DNA of 64,000 nucleotides from Parcubacteria group bacterium. GTDB taxonomy: Bacteria; Patescibacteriota; Minisyncoccia; Moranbacterales; UBA2206. The notes below the pieces were generated by a model. It had not been told where the DNA came from. It did no database searches and was given only the letters and a program-made list of their open reading frames with translations. Shown here one piece after another: positions 28,139-37,745 of this stretch. Both the position numbers and the translations under genes were made by a program. The stretch lies in NCBI GenBank assembly GCA_041659505.1, contig JBAZYF010000001.1:35654-99653 (forward strand), written 5' to 3'. Numbering within the stretch: position 1 is the stretch's first letter; each line of letters opens with the position of its first letter.

Positions 28139-29665
28139 CTAGGTATTTAATTTATAAATTTCTGAATACTTATTCTTGATATAATCAATGAAATACTGTC
28201 CATTTAAACCCTCGCTTGTAATATTTTTAACCAGCTCGCTCGCAGAATAAAGTTTTCCATGAATATGAATATTTTTTCTAAGCCATTCTCGCAGATGCTC
28301 TAAATGCCCAAGAGCAATTTCTTTTTCAAGATTTAAAATGTCTTTTTTTGCTGTAGCATAAAATTGTGTGGAGTATAAGTTCCCCAGAGTGTATGTTGGA
28401 AAATATCCTATATTTCCACCTGACCAATGAACATCCTGCAGAACTCCAAGGGCATCATTCGGTACAATAACGCCAAAATATTCTTTCATTTTATCATTCC
28501 AAATCTTCGGCAAATCTTCAACTTCAATACTTCCCTCAATTAAATCTTTCTCAATCTCAAAACGCAGGATAATATGCAGATTATAAGTCACTTCATCCGC
28601 GTCAACTCTAATCAGACTTGGCTTTACGGCATTGATCGCCCTGTAAAAATCTTCGAATTTAATTTTTTTAAAATGTCCAGGAAATTCCCTTATAAGTTTT
28701 GGATAAAAATACTTCCAAAAATTCTTACCTCTCCCAACTAAATTTTCCCACATGCGCGATTGTGATTCATGCACCCCGTGTGAAATTGATTCTCCGAGCG
28801 GAGAACCAAAATTTTCCACCTTAATCCCCTGCTCATACAACGAATGGCCTGATTCATGAATCGTACTATTCAATGAAGAAAAAATGTCTTTTTCGTCATA
28901 GCGAGTCGTCATCCTAACATCCTCGGCATGAAAATTTGTCGAAAATGGGTGCGTACTAACATCTAACCTTCCAGCTTCAAAATCAAATCCCATCTTCCCT
29001 GCGATGAGCTTATTGAACTCAATTTGTTTTCCAATCTCAAATTTACCTTTTAACACTTTTCTATCAATTTTTACTTTTGATTTTTTAATTTTTGCAAGAA
29101 ATGGAATTAAAAAATTCTTAAGCTCGTCAAAAATCATCTCAATTTCCTCAACTCGCATATATGGCTCATACGTATCAAGCAGGGCGTTATATGGCGAACC
29201 AGCATATCCAACAAGCTCTGCTTCTTTTCTTTTAAGCGCAACAATTTTTTTCAACTCCGGCAAAAATAATTTAAAATTGTTTTCCTTGCGCGCTTTCGCC
29301 CAAATCATCTGCGAGCGCGAAGTTGTCTCAGATAGTTCTTTGACAAATGCTAATGGCAATTTCTTTTCGCGAGAAAATTCACGCCAAACTTCTCGCACAA
29401 TACAGGCGTTTTCATCGTTTAACTTTCCTGCGTCCATTTCCTTCTTCGCAGATTTAATTAATTTTGAAAAATCAGACGAAGTAAATTTATCGTGAAGGAT
29501 ACCTGAGAGATTCGCAATTGTCTTTGCGCGCAACTCATTGCCCTTTGTGGGCATATTCACTTCCTGATCCCAATTCAAAACAGTAATGGCAGAATTTAGG
29601 TGATACAGTTCCGCCAATTTTTCTCTAAATTTTTCAATATCGTTTTGATTCATAACTTTAAACAT
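28139..29665 (-). CDS. M32 carboxypeptidase (Taq-type)
   Basis: 508 aa. HESGHSLYEQG (HEXXH) and a downstream DVRMTTRYDE motif typical of M32. Confidence 0.8.
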   Translation of the reverse strand: MFKVMNQNDIEKFREKLAELYHLNSAITVLNWDQEVNMPTKGNELRAKTIANLSGILHDKFTSSDFSKLIKSAKKEMDAGKLNDENACIVREVWREFSREKKLPLAFVKELSETTSRSQMIWAKARKENNFKLFLPELKKIVALKRKEAELVGYAGSPYNALLDTYEPYMRVEEIEMIFDELKNFLIPFLAKIKKSKVKIDRKVLKGKFEIGKQIEFNKLIAGKMGFDFEAGRLDVSTHPFSTNFHAEDVRMTTRYDEKDIFSSLNSTIHESGHSLYEQGIKVENFGSPLGESISHGVHESQSRMWENLVGRGKNFWKYFYPKLIREFPGHFKKIKFEDFYRAINAVKPSLIRVDADEVTYNLHIILRFEIEKDLIEGSIEVEDLPKIWNDKMKEYFGVIVPNDALGVLQDVHWSGGNIGYFPTYTLGNLYSTQFYATAKKDILNLEKEIALGHLEHLREWLRKNIHIHGKLYSASELVKNITSEGLNGQYFIDYIKNKYSEIYKLNT

Positions 29666-29719
29666 TCTCGCTAATATAAGCTAAAGTATCACATTTGACT
29701 ATGAAACGCAACGAAAAAC

Positions 29720-31129
29720 TTAGGCCAGCTTCTCCTGGAAATAATTCTCCAGTTCCGTAATTTTAATTCTTTCTTGCACCATCGTGTCGCGGTCGCGCAC
29801 CGTTACCGCCTCATCATTTAGCGTTTCAAAGTCCACTGTCACGCAATAGGGTGTTCCGATTTCGTCTTGGCGACGATAACGTTTGCCGATCGATTGCGTT
29901 TCGTCATATTCGCACATAAAATTCTGTTTCAAAGTGCCCCAGATTTTTTTGGCCGGCACGGACAATTCTTCTTTTTTTGACAGTGGTAAAATCGCCACTT
30001 TCACCGGTGCCAGACGCTTATCTAATTTTAGCACTACCCGTGTCTCTTCTCCGACTAATTCTTCCGTGTAAGCTTGATCCAAAAACATAAAGACTAGTCG
30101 ACCCAAACCGACAGAAGTTTCCATGATGTGCGGGATGAATTTCTCGCCGGTTTTTTCATCGAAATAGTTTAACTCCACACCGGAAAATTTGCTGTGCTGT
30201 GAGAGATCCCAATCACCTCGTGCGTGAATGCCTTCTGTTTCCTTGAAACCACCCAGCGATTTATAATCATACTCAATGTCATAGGCTTCGCTGGCGTAGT
30301 GCGCCAATTTTTCATGTTTGTACCAACGGATCTGATTTTCTTTGATGCCATATTCCAGATACCACCCCCAGCGCTCCGCTTTCCAGTGTTCATACTTTTC
30401 CTTCATCATATCGGGATGCAAGAAATATTGCATCTCCATCTGCTCAAATTCCCGCGTGCGGAAAATAAATTGGCGCGCCACAATTTCATTGCGAAAAGCC
30501 TTGCCCACCTGCGCAATGCCAAATGGTAATTTTTTGTGCAAAGAATCAACTGTATTTTTATACTCCAAATAAATTCCTCCACAAGTTTCCGGCCGGAGAT
30601 AAACCACATTCTCCTCTTTCAACTCATCAGTTGGCGAACCGATATTGGATTTTACCATCAAAGAAAAAACTTTCGCCTCAGTGAGATCAGTCGATCCGCA
30701 ATTGGGACATTTTAATTTTTTCTCCGCGCGCAGCTTATCCAACTCAACGTTCAGTCCTTCAACTGGAGTCTTATCATCAATGATCACGCCGAATTCTTCC
30801 AAGAGATGATCGGCGCGGAAACGTGACTTACATTTCTTGCAATCAACCTGCGGATCATTGAAACCACCGACATGCCCGGAAGCCACCCAAGTGGTCGGAT
30901 GCATAAAGATCGCGCTGTCGAGCCCCACCACATCATCGCGCAGTTGAACCATCGCTTTCCACCACGCGTCACGGATATTATTTTTAAGGAGCGTGCCATA
31001 ATGCCCATAATCATAGATCGCCTGCATCCCACCATAAATTTCCGAACTGGGATACACAAATCCCCGCCGCTTGCACAGCGACGCCATTTTTTCCATCATC
31101 CCTTGCTTATCCTCGTTTTTTTCTGCCAT
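29720..31129 (-). CDS. glyQS: Glycyl-tRNA synthetase, alpha2 class II type
   Basis: N-terminus MASLCKRRGFVYPSSEIYGGMQAIYDYGHYGTLLKNNI and class II motifs. Confidence 0.9.
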   Translation of the reverse strand: MAEKNEDKQGMMEKMASLCKRRGFVYPSSEIYGGMQAIYDYGHYGTLLKNNIRDAWWKAMVQLRDDVVGLDSAIFMHPTTWVASGHVGGFNDPQVDCKKCKSRFRADHLLEEFGVIIDDKTPVEGLNVELDKLRAEKKLKCPNCGSTDLTEAKVFSLMVKSNIGSPTDELKEENVVYLRPETCGGIYLEYKNTVDSLHKKLPFGIAQVGKAFRNEIVARQFIFRTREFEQMEMQYFLHPDMMKEKYEHWKAERWGWYLEYGIKENQIRWYKHEKLAHYASEAYDIEYDYKSLGGFKETEGIHARGDWDLSQHSKFSGVELNYFDEKTGEKFIPHIMETSVGLGRLVFMFLDQAYTEELVGEETRVVLKLDKRLAPVKVAILPLSKKEELSVPAKKIWGTLKQNFMCEYDETQSIGKRYRRQDEIGTPYCVTVDFETLNDEAVTVRDRDTMVQERIKITELENYFQEKLA

Positions 31130-31150
31130 AGTTTTAAAATTAAAAAATAA

Positions 31151-31612
31151 TTAAACTAATTTATCTTTATATTTTTTGAAGAAATTCGGTAAAGATGAAT
31201 GTAAATCATCCGGTAAGCTGCCCAAGGTAAACCAATCAATATCTGAAAATTTGTGCGGTTCGCCAATCTTAACTTTTTTCCTATCAACCAAAACTTTAAA
31301 CAAAAGGGCAACCCAATGTGTTTCTTTGCCGGCATGTTTTCTGTGGACATCATCAAAATCTATGAACTCATACCCCAAAACCTCTGTTGAATATTCCTCC
31401 CGTATCTCTTTCCTGAGCCTATCCTCAACTTTCTCACCAAATTCCAATGCCCCGCCACCAATATCCCACCGGTTATGCTCATCACGGCATTTCTCACTCC
31501 TTTTTGCCATCACAAAATTACCTTTGCCATCATGGCAGTAATAACAGATAGTAACACCAATATAATCAAATCCCTTTTGCATGTTTTGTAAATAAAAAAG
31601 TCTCGTCCCCAC
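31151..31612 (-). CDS. NUDIX hydrolase
   Basis: Nudix box GGGALEFGEKVEDRLRKEIREEYSTEV. Confidence 0.75.
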   Translation of the reverse strand: MGTRLFYLQNMQKGFDYIGVTICYYCHDGKGNFVMAKRSEKCRDEHNRWDIGGGALEFGEKVEDRLRKEIREEYSTEVLGYEFIDFDDVHRKHAGKETHWVALLFKVLVDRKKVKIGEPHKFSDIDWFTLGSLPDDLHSSLPNFFKKYKDKLV

Positions 31613-31755
31613 AATTAAAGAATATAAAAATTCTTAAATTGCCAGAACGAGACATTTCCCGCGATTCCATCTAGCTTCCTCCGACGTTACGTCGGAGACA
31701 TCTTAATTTCTCTTATCAGCTCCAAGGATCCAAACCCTCTTCAATGCTGACCAAA

Positions 31756-32082
31756 TTATCTCACTAAAACCAATTTTTCCAATCCAATTACTCTTTTTTC
31801 AAGTTCATCAAGCTCATCGCGAGTAACTTTTCTTTTTAGCTCAAATCTCACATCTCTTATCTCATTCTTAATTTCAATCTTTCTCACTTCCAAACTATCC
31901 ATTCTTTTCTCCAAGCTGCCCATTCTTTTCTCCAAACTATCCATCCTTTTTTCGATACTATCCATTCTTTTTTCCAGTTTATCAATTTTCCCTCCAAGCA
32001 CCAAAAACTCGCTCTGAATAAGCGTTGCCAAATCCTCAATTGTGGTTATTTTCTTAGTTTTCATGAGTCTATTATACCTCAA
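31756..32082 (-). CDS. Coiled-coil protein with four tandem 8-aa repeats
   Basis: LEKRMDSIEKRMDSLEKRMGSLEKRMDSLE is encoded by 24-bp tandem DNA repeats. Overlaps the upstream NUDIX gene by 4 bp (ATGA). Confidence 0.5.
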   Translation of the reverse strand: MRYNRLMKTKKITTIEDLATLIQSEFLVLGGKIDKLEKRMDSIEKRMDSLEKRMGSLEKRMDSLEVRKIEIKNEIRDVRFELKRKVTRDELDELEKRVIGLEKLVLVR

Positions 32083-32552
32083 TATTTTTTACTGTCAATT
32101 GACGAATTACCCACCATTCCAAAAACCTCTTGTATTTCATCTTTTATCCCAGGAATAAACTCACAATCATTAATTTCCGTTTCGGAGATAAATTTCCACT
32201 CACTATGCTCATCGGTAATTTCCGGCTCTTTTCCATTCACAAAACCAACAATTTCACAGGCAATCTTCACGCCAGGAATTTTTGGTTGTTCCGGATTGTT
32301 GGTAATAATTTCATAGGTCCCCAGATTCTTAAGCATTCCAATCGGTCGAATTTCCACGCCCAACTCTTCCCTTTGCCCGCGAATCAAGGCTTCTTCAAAA
32401 TTTTCACCGTTCCGCACTTGCCCGCCACCACATTCCCAAAGATTAGGATAGAGCCTCCTTCCGGAATTTCTTTTCACAATAAGCACCTTATCGCCAAAAA
32501 AACAAATTCCCGCCACGTGCACTTCAATTTTATAGATTTTATTTTCTCGCAT
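32079..32552 (-). CDS. NUDIX hydrolase
   Basis: Nudix box GGGQVRNGENFEEALIRGQREELGVE. Confidence 0.75.
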   Translation of the reverse strand: MRENKIYKIEVHVAGICFFGDKVLIVKRNSGRRLYPNLWECGGGQVRNGENFEEALIRGQREELGVEIRPIGMLKNLGTYEIITNNPEQPKIPGVKIACEIVGFVNGKEPEITDEHSEWKFISETEINDCEFIPGIKDEIQEVFGMVGNSSIDSKKY

Positions 32553-32610
32553 ATTTTTTTTATTTCTTTATTATTTCACGATAAAAATAATCTTTTTTTA
32601 TTAATGCGTC

Positions 32611-33216
32611 CTACCCCAAAAACATTTTTCGATATCTTGCCATCATTTTTTTATCAGAAAGGGTTCGATATATTTTGAGTGATATTTCTCCACTTCTAAA
32701 ATTTTCGTCCGCTGTTAATTTTATGAATTCATCAAATGTATAAGATACTAGTTCTATTTTTTCTCCACTATCCAAATTTTGCTTTTGTATTTTTTTGCAA
32801 CCCTTGGCAATAAAGACATAGTAAGCAAACTCTATCTTGCTTATGGGTTGTTCGGCATGCCAAAGATTCAGTTCCTCTGCCACTAGTCCAGATTCTTCCA
32901 ATAGCTCACGCTTAGCTGCTTTTAAAATAGATTCTCCCTTGTCAACCCGACCGCCGATACAACTCAGATAGGTTTTGCGGCCAGGCTGTTTTTGCTTGGC
33001 AAAAAATAATTTTCCGTCAATGACTGGTATGACATGCACAGTATCCACCCTCTTTATTTTTTCAAAAATCTTGTAACTCCCATCAAACATCTTCTGTTGC
33101 CACTGGTACACGTCAAAAACTACTCCCGCAAAAACCTTCTTGGCATTTTTTGGTATCGGCTGGTTAGATTTTGGTCTCGCTACCTGCATAGAACTAATAT
33201 TATAAACTTTCAGCAA
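32611..33216 (-). CDS. NUDIX hydrolase (ADP-ribose pyrophosphatase-like)
   Basis: Nudix box GGRVDKGESILKAAKRELLEESGL. Overlaps the HD-domain gene by 17 bp. Confidence 0.75.
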   Translation of the reverse strand: MLKVYNISSMQVARPKSNQPIPKNAKKVFAGVVFDVYQWQQKMFDGSYKIFEKIKRVDTVHVIPVIDGKLFFAKQKQPGRKTYLSCIGGRVDKGESILKAAKRELLEESGLVAEELNLWHAEQPISKIEFAYYVFIAKGCKKIQKQNLDSGEKIELVSYTFDEFIKLTADENFRSGEISLKIYRTLSDKKMMARYRKMFLG

Positions 33217-34213
33217 ACTTCAAAAAATATTCCTTCGGGCGCATTTCCGCCTCAACCACCTTTTTCCAATCAAGATTGACTTCTGAAACACGCACCACCT
33301 TTCCCTCATTATAACATATTGGGTCAATCACGCGCGACTTGCAAAAAACTTGTGCGTCATAATTATTGGGATTATTCGCGTAACCCACTCGATTATTCAT
33401 TCGTTCCCAAAGTTTTTTTAGTATCTTATCTTTCTCCAAGAACTGGTTAATTTTTCCCAGCACTTCCACATCAGTCAGATATAAATCTTCTTTCGAAATA
33501 TATTTTTTTTCTATGGCACACTTCAAATAATCACCAGTCGTGCGAAACATTACTGCCGATTCGATCCCAGAATAAAAATATTTATTGGCATGAAAAAATA
33601 AATCAGAAAAATTTTGCGCAGAGCTATAATCCCCAAAAATCCACCGTCCATCTTTCACAATTAAACTAGCCAAAATGCTAGGGATTTTCTTGGCATATGC
33701 TGGCGCATATCTGTGGAAATGCCAAATGTCTCGCAGGGAATAATCAATCCGGTCAGCACAAGTATCGGGTAGACTGTTCTCTTTCAAAGGAAAATTTTTG
33801 TCGTTCAAAATATAGTCCAAATCAAAGCCATGCCTGGAAAGAATGGCCGGAATTTCAGAATTACCCACGAAGGAATTGAAAATATTATCCTGGTGCGTTT
33901 GCTCCTTTTGCGATCCTTCCGCAAAAACATAATCGGCGGAATGAGAAAAAGCACTGTGCGAAACATCATGGATAAGACCGGCAATCTGCTCAGAAAGTTC
34001 TGCACCAAATTGGCGCAAAAGCAGATAGGCGCCGACGGAATGCTCAAAGCGAAAATAAGTTGCTCCAGGAAAAAAAGGCTCCATATATCCATGTTGATCA
34101 ATGTCTTTAAGTCGCTGCATCGCGGGACAGGCCATCAACTCCAGAATTACCGGCTCAGTGATTTCATTTTCTCCGTAAATTGGATCAATGTATTGCATAA
34201 TACTATGTGTCAT
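33200..34213 (-). CDS. HD-domain metal-dependent phosphohydrolase
   Basis: H...HD motif (EHSVGAY...GLIHDVSHSAFSH). The start codon lies inside the family 2 element. Confidence 0.7.
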   Translation of the reverse strand: MTHSIMQYIDPIYGENEITEPVILELMACPAMQRLKDIDQHGYMEPFFPGATYFRFEHSVGAYLLLRQFGAELSEQIAGLIHDVSHSAFSHSADYVFAEGSQKEQTHQDNIFNSFVGNSEIPAILSRHGFDLDYILNDKNFPLKENSLPDTCADRIDYSLRDIWHFHRYAPAYAKKIPSILASLIVKDGRWIFGDYSSAQNFSDLFFHANKYFYSGIESAVMFRTTGDYLKCAIEKKYISKEDLYLTDVEVLGKINQFLEKDKILKKLWERMNNRVGYANNPNNYDAQVFCKSRVIDPICYNEGKVVRVSEVNLDWKKVVEAEMRPKEYFLKFAESL

Positions 34214-34366
34214 TCCCGCGAAGGCGGGAATCCAGGTTCCACTATTTATAAACCCTAAAAAATCGAATTATAAATTTTCTAACTTCTATTTTCTAATCAT
34301 TAAATCTCGTTTTTCTTTTTTTATAACCTGAGGTGCCTGGATCCCCGCCTCCGCGGGGATGACACG
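34207..34366. mobile_element. MITE-like element, family 2, copy 2
   Basis: TGTGTCATTCCCGCGAAGGCGGGAATCCAGGTTCCACT ... CCTGAGGTGCCTGGATCCCCGCCTCCGCGGGGATGACAC. Covers the HD-gene start codon and the last ~27 codons of the U32 gene. The U32 C-terminus reads ...RVIPAEAGIQAPQVIKK from the repeat. Confidence 0.7.
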
Positions 34367-35644
34367 TTGGATTACTTTCCTCACCAAACTCCCGCTTTCT
34401 AATTTCCGATCAAACTCGAAATAATATTCCTTATTGTGTCCACCGTCTGCCACCAGTACTGCGTTTTTATTGTTATCTAAAATCTTTTTTATCTTGAGTT
34501 TAATGTTTTCTTTGGGCGTGATAGCTTCTAAGCTGTCCTCGATTGAGATATGATTATGCACCCGCAAAATATTCAGTTTGTCTTCCAGTGATTTCACCTC
34601 ACCCACAAACTGAAATTTAGCCGGATTATTCTTATTTTCAAAATTATGCTCCGGCTCGCGTCCCAACAGAAAACCGGTCGAATATCCACGATGCACCAAA
34701 TTATCCAACTCCGTTTTTTGTTTTTTTATAATTGCTTTAATTTCCTTTTCTGGCGCATCATTTTCCAAAGCATCCAGCACCGCGCGATAAGCGCGTGTCA
34801 CAATCGCCAAATAGTAGGCGCTCTTGGCTCGCCCTTCAATCTTGAACGACGCCACACCCGCCTCTCGAAGTTCCGAGAGGTGTGCCAGCAAATTCATATC
34901 ATAACTATTGAAAAAATAGGTCCCGTGCGTGTCCTCCTCCACATCCATCGCATAACGCTTCTGATCATCAATCACATTCATCTCAAAATAGTCATCTCCA
35001 AAATTTTGTTTTTTGATTTTTGATTTTTGATTTTTGGAATGATATGCCCACCGGCACGGCTGAGAACAATCTCCCAGGTTGGCACTGCGATCTGTCATCC
35101 ATTTTGACAAAATGCAACGGCCGGAATAACTCATACACATCGCGCCATGGACAAAATATTCCAGCTCAATATTTTTCGATTGCTGACTAATCTCTTTGAT
35201 TTCTTTGAGCGTCACTTCCCGCGCCAGAATAATTCTTTTCACTCCTTGCGCGCGCCAAAATTCCACCGCTGCCGAGTTGGTCGCGTTAGCCTGCGTGGAA
35301 AGATGAATCTCACACTCCGGCCAATATTTCTGGATGAAAAGAATGATCCCCGGGTCGCTCGCAATGATCGCATCCACTTTCAGTTTTTTTAAGTATTGGA
35401 TATGCTCTTTGATTTTTGCCAAATGCTGATTATGCGCATAAATGTTGAGCGTCACATAAATTTTCTTCTTTCGTTTGTGCACATATTCCACCGCCTCAGC
35501 CAAATCTTCTTTGGAAAACCGATTGATCCGCACCCGCAAAGAAAAATCCGGCACGCCGCAATATACAGCGTCCGCGCCAAAAGCCAGGGCATATTTAAGT
35601 TTCTCCAGATCACCTGCTGGAGCAAGTAGCTCGATTTTTTTCAT
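34286..35644 (-). CDS. Peptidase U32 family protein (RlhA/YhbU-like)
   Basis: IELLAPAGDLEKLKYALAFGADAVYCG and FKIEGR motifs. The C-terminal ~27 residues are encoded by the repeat element. Confidence 0.75.
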   Translation of the reverse strand: MKKIELLAPAGDLEKLKYALAFGADAVYCGVPDFSLRVRINRFSKEDLAEAVEYVHKRKKKIYVTLNIYAHNQHLAKIKEHIQYLKKLKVDAIIASDPGIILFIQKYWPECEIHLSTQANATNSAAVEFWRAQGVKRIILAREVTLKEIKEISQQSKNIELEYFVHGAMCMSYSGRCILSKWMTDRSANLGDCSQPCRWAYHSKNQKSKIKKQNFGDDYFEMNVIDDQKRYAMDVEEDTHGTYFFNSYDMNLLAHLSELREAGVASFKIEGRAKSAYYLAIVTRAYRAVLDALENDAPEKEIKAIIKKQKTELDNLVHRGYSTGFLLGREPEHNFENKNNPAKFQFVGEVKSLEDKLNILRVHNHISIEDSLEAITPKENIKLKIKKILDNNKNAVLVADGGHNKEYYFEFDRKLESGSLVRKVIQRVIPAEAGIQAPQVIKKEKRDLMIRK

Positions 35645-35799
35645 ATATATAATCTAGGCCAGTTGGACAAAAAAGGCAAACAAACCCATAGCAAGCCTTT
35701 ACAAATTCTTTGTTCTGTGCTATAAAGGATTGTTATCGAGATGTCCTTGATAATAAATCAGTTTTTTAACATTTACAAAAGAGAAGGGAGTTTTATCAC

Positions 35800-36468
35800 A
35801 TGAATAAGGCCTTAAATTTTTTCAAAGTCTGCCCGAACTATGGATCTGCAAACAAAAACACCGCCGAATCAAATGCCATAATTCTAAAAAATATGGATGA
35901 AAATTATAATCTGCTAGATATAGAGCAGGTAAAGAAAGAACTGAGCTTAAAAAAACTGCCCTGTTCGAAAAGCAAAATTGGTAGCGTAGTCCTACAATGC
36001 AAAAAAACGGTGCAGGCACTCCGGGGTGATAAAGAGGCTCAAGAATACCTAAGGAATCTCAGCAAAGAAAGATACTGGATCGCTATTCCCTATGAGACTT
36101 TTATAAAAAACGGAGTTGATTCATGGGAAAAAGTCCTTCAACTTATGGCAGAAAATGATAAGGACACCAAGACCACTGAACAAAAAACGCCTGCCAAAAA
36201 TACTTGCGAGTTCGCGCAGCTTCCTTCTATGCTGCCAGAATGTTTCAAGAATACTCTCAATGAGATAGAATCCTGCACTAAAAAGTGGGCGCTAAGTCTC
36301 TTTATTGAGAGCAAGAAAGCGCTTTGCGATGTATGCCCTCTCAAAAAAGAACTTCGCGAGTGTCTCGCCGATCTAACCGCCTGCCAAATTGAGGCAGACA
36401 GACTCAGATCCGAGCTACGACTGATACGACAACAAGCAGTAAAAGCCTTAGAAAACTCTCCGGAATAG
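35800..36468 (+). CDS. Hypothetical Cys-rich soluble protein
   Basis: 222 aa with scattered Cys (CPNYGS, CSKSK, CDVCPLKKELRECLADLTAC). Preceded by AGAAGGGAG, then 9 nt, then ATG. The only plus-strand gene in a minus-strand region. Confidence 0.4.
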   Translation: MNKALNFFKVCPNYGSANKNTAESNAIILKNMDENYNLLDIEQVKKELSLKKLPCSKSKIGSVVLQCKKTVQALRGDKEAQEYLRNLSKERYWIAIPYETFIKNGVDSWEKVLQLMAENDKDTKTTEQKTPAKNTCEFAQLPSMLPECFKNTLNEIESCTKKWALSLFIESKKALCDVCPLKKELRECLADLTACQIEADRLRSELRLIRQQAVKALENSPE

Positions 36469-36539
36469 GAATAACTTCCGAAATAAATGGACATCAGCTA
36501 AACAGCCGATGTCCATTTAAATTTCCAAAAATTTAAAAA

Positions 36540-37745
36540 TTATTTTTTTATTTCCCCGCGCAATTCCCTCATCAAGTCCATATAGAACTTCAAATTATGG
36601 ATCGCGCAGAGGCGCATCGCCAAAGGATCTTTCATTGCAAAAAGATGTCGCAGATAACTCCGCGTATAATTTTTGCACAGCTGGCAATCACAACTAACAT
36701 CTACCGGCGAAAAATCTTTCCTAAACTTTCCATTGTTGATATTAATCGTTTCATAAAACAATTCCGCATCCGCATTTTTTTTGTCACCTGCCTGCCGGTA
36801 GGCAAGGTTAGAAATTTTATCATTGGAATTTATTTTGAAATTGGAAATTAGAAATTGGAAATTACTTTTCCGTAGGAAAAGTCGCCCGTGCCTTCCCTCC
36901 CGCGTCGGAATCACACAATCAAACATATCCCAGCCGCACGCGACGAATTTAACAATATCATCCGGCGTTCCTACGCCCAAAGCGAATCTTAGAGCATTTT
37001 CCGGAATCAGTCTGGCAGTTTCTCGCACGACGTCTTCCATAAAATTGCCCTGCGCGTCAACGTGCCGTGCGCCAAAGCCATAACCGTCAAAGCCGATCGC
37101 GACTAATTTTTCCGCACAATATTTTCGCAAATCAGCGTGTCCTCCGCCTTGAATGACGCCGAAAATTAACGGCCGATTTTCCTTAGCTATTTTTCTCTTT
37201 TTCAATTGCTTTTCATATTCCACCTTGCACCGCGCAGCCCAAAGGATTGTCCGCTCGACTGCGTCCTTGATTTTTTCTTTTGAGTAACTATTCGGCGGCA
37301 CATCATCTAAAACCACCATCATATCCACCCCCAGATCAAACTGGATCTGGATCGATTTTTCCGGTGAAATGGTATGCATCGAACCGTCCAAGGGTGATTT
37401 AAAAATGACCGCCTCATCGGTAATTTTCCCCATTTCGGGATTTTTATGAATCAAGGAAAAAACTTGATAGCCGCCCGAATCAGATAGGAGCGGCGCATGC
37501 CAATTCATAAACTGATGGGTCCCTCCGGCCTTTTTTATGAGTTCCGTCCCAGGCTGGAGATAGAGATGATAGGTATTGACCACCATCGGGAAAATTCCCG
37601 TTCCCAAAAGATCATCGCGATCCAGCGATTTCACAAAACCGCGCGTCGCGTCAGGCATAAAAAACGGGGTAGCGACTACTCCGTTTTTTGTCTTGATTTG
37701 ACCGCTCCGTGCCTGGTCTTTTTTGTGCTTCAGTTCAAACATCAA
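36540..37745 (-). CDS. tgt: Queuine tRNA-ribosyltransferase
   Basis: TGT family along the full length, with DSGGYQVFSL and the zinc site CDCQLCKNYTRSYLRHL. Confidence 0.85.
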   Translation of the reverse strand: MMFELKHKKDQARSGQIKTKNGVVATPFFMPDATRGFVKSLDRDDLLGTGIFPMVVNTYHLYLQPGTELIKKAGGTHQFMNWHAPLLSDSGGYQVFSLIHKNPEMGKITDEAVIFKSPLDGSMHTISPEKSIQIQFDLGVDMMVVLDDVPPNSYSKEKIKDAVERTILWAARCKVEYEKQLKKRKIAKENRPLIFGVIQGGGHADLRKYCAEKLVAIGFDGYGFGARHVDAQGNFMEDVVRETARLIPENALRFALGVGTPDDIVKFVACGWDMFDCVIPTREGRHGRLFLRKSNFQFLISNFKINSNDKISNLAYRQAGDKKNADAELFYETININNGKFRKDFSPVDVSCDCQLCKNYTRSYLRHLFAMKDPLAMRLCAIHNLKFYMDLMRELRGEIKK

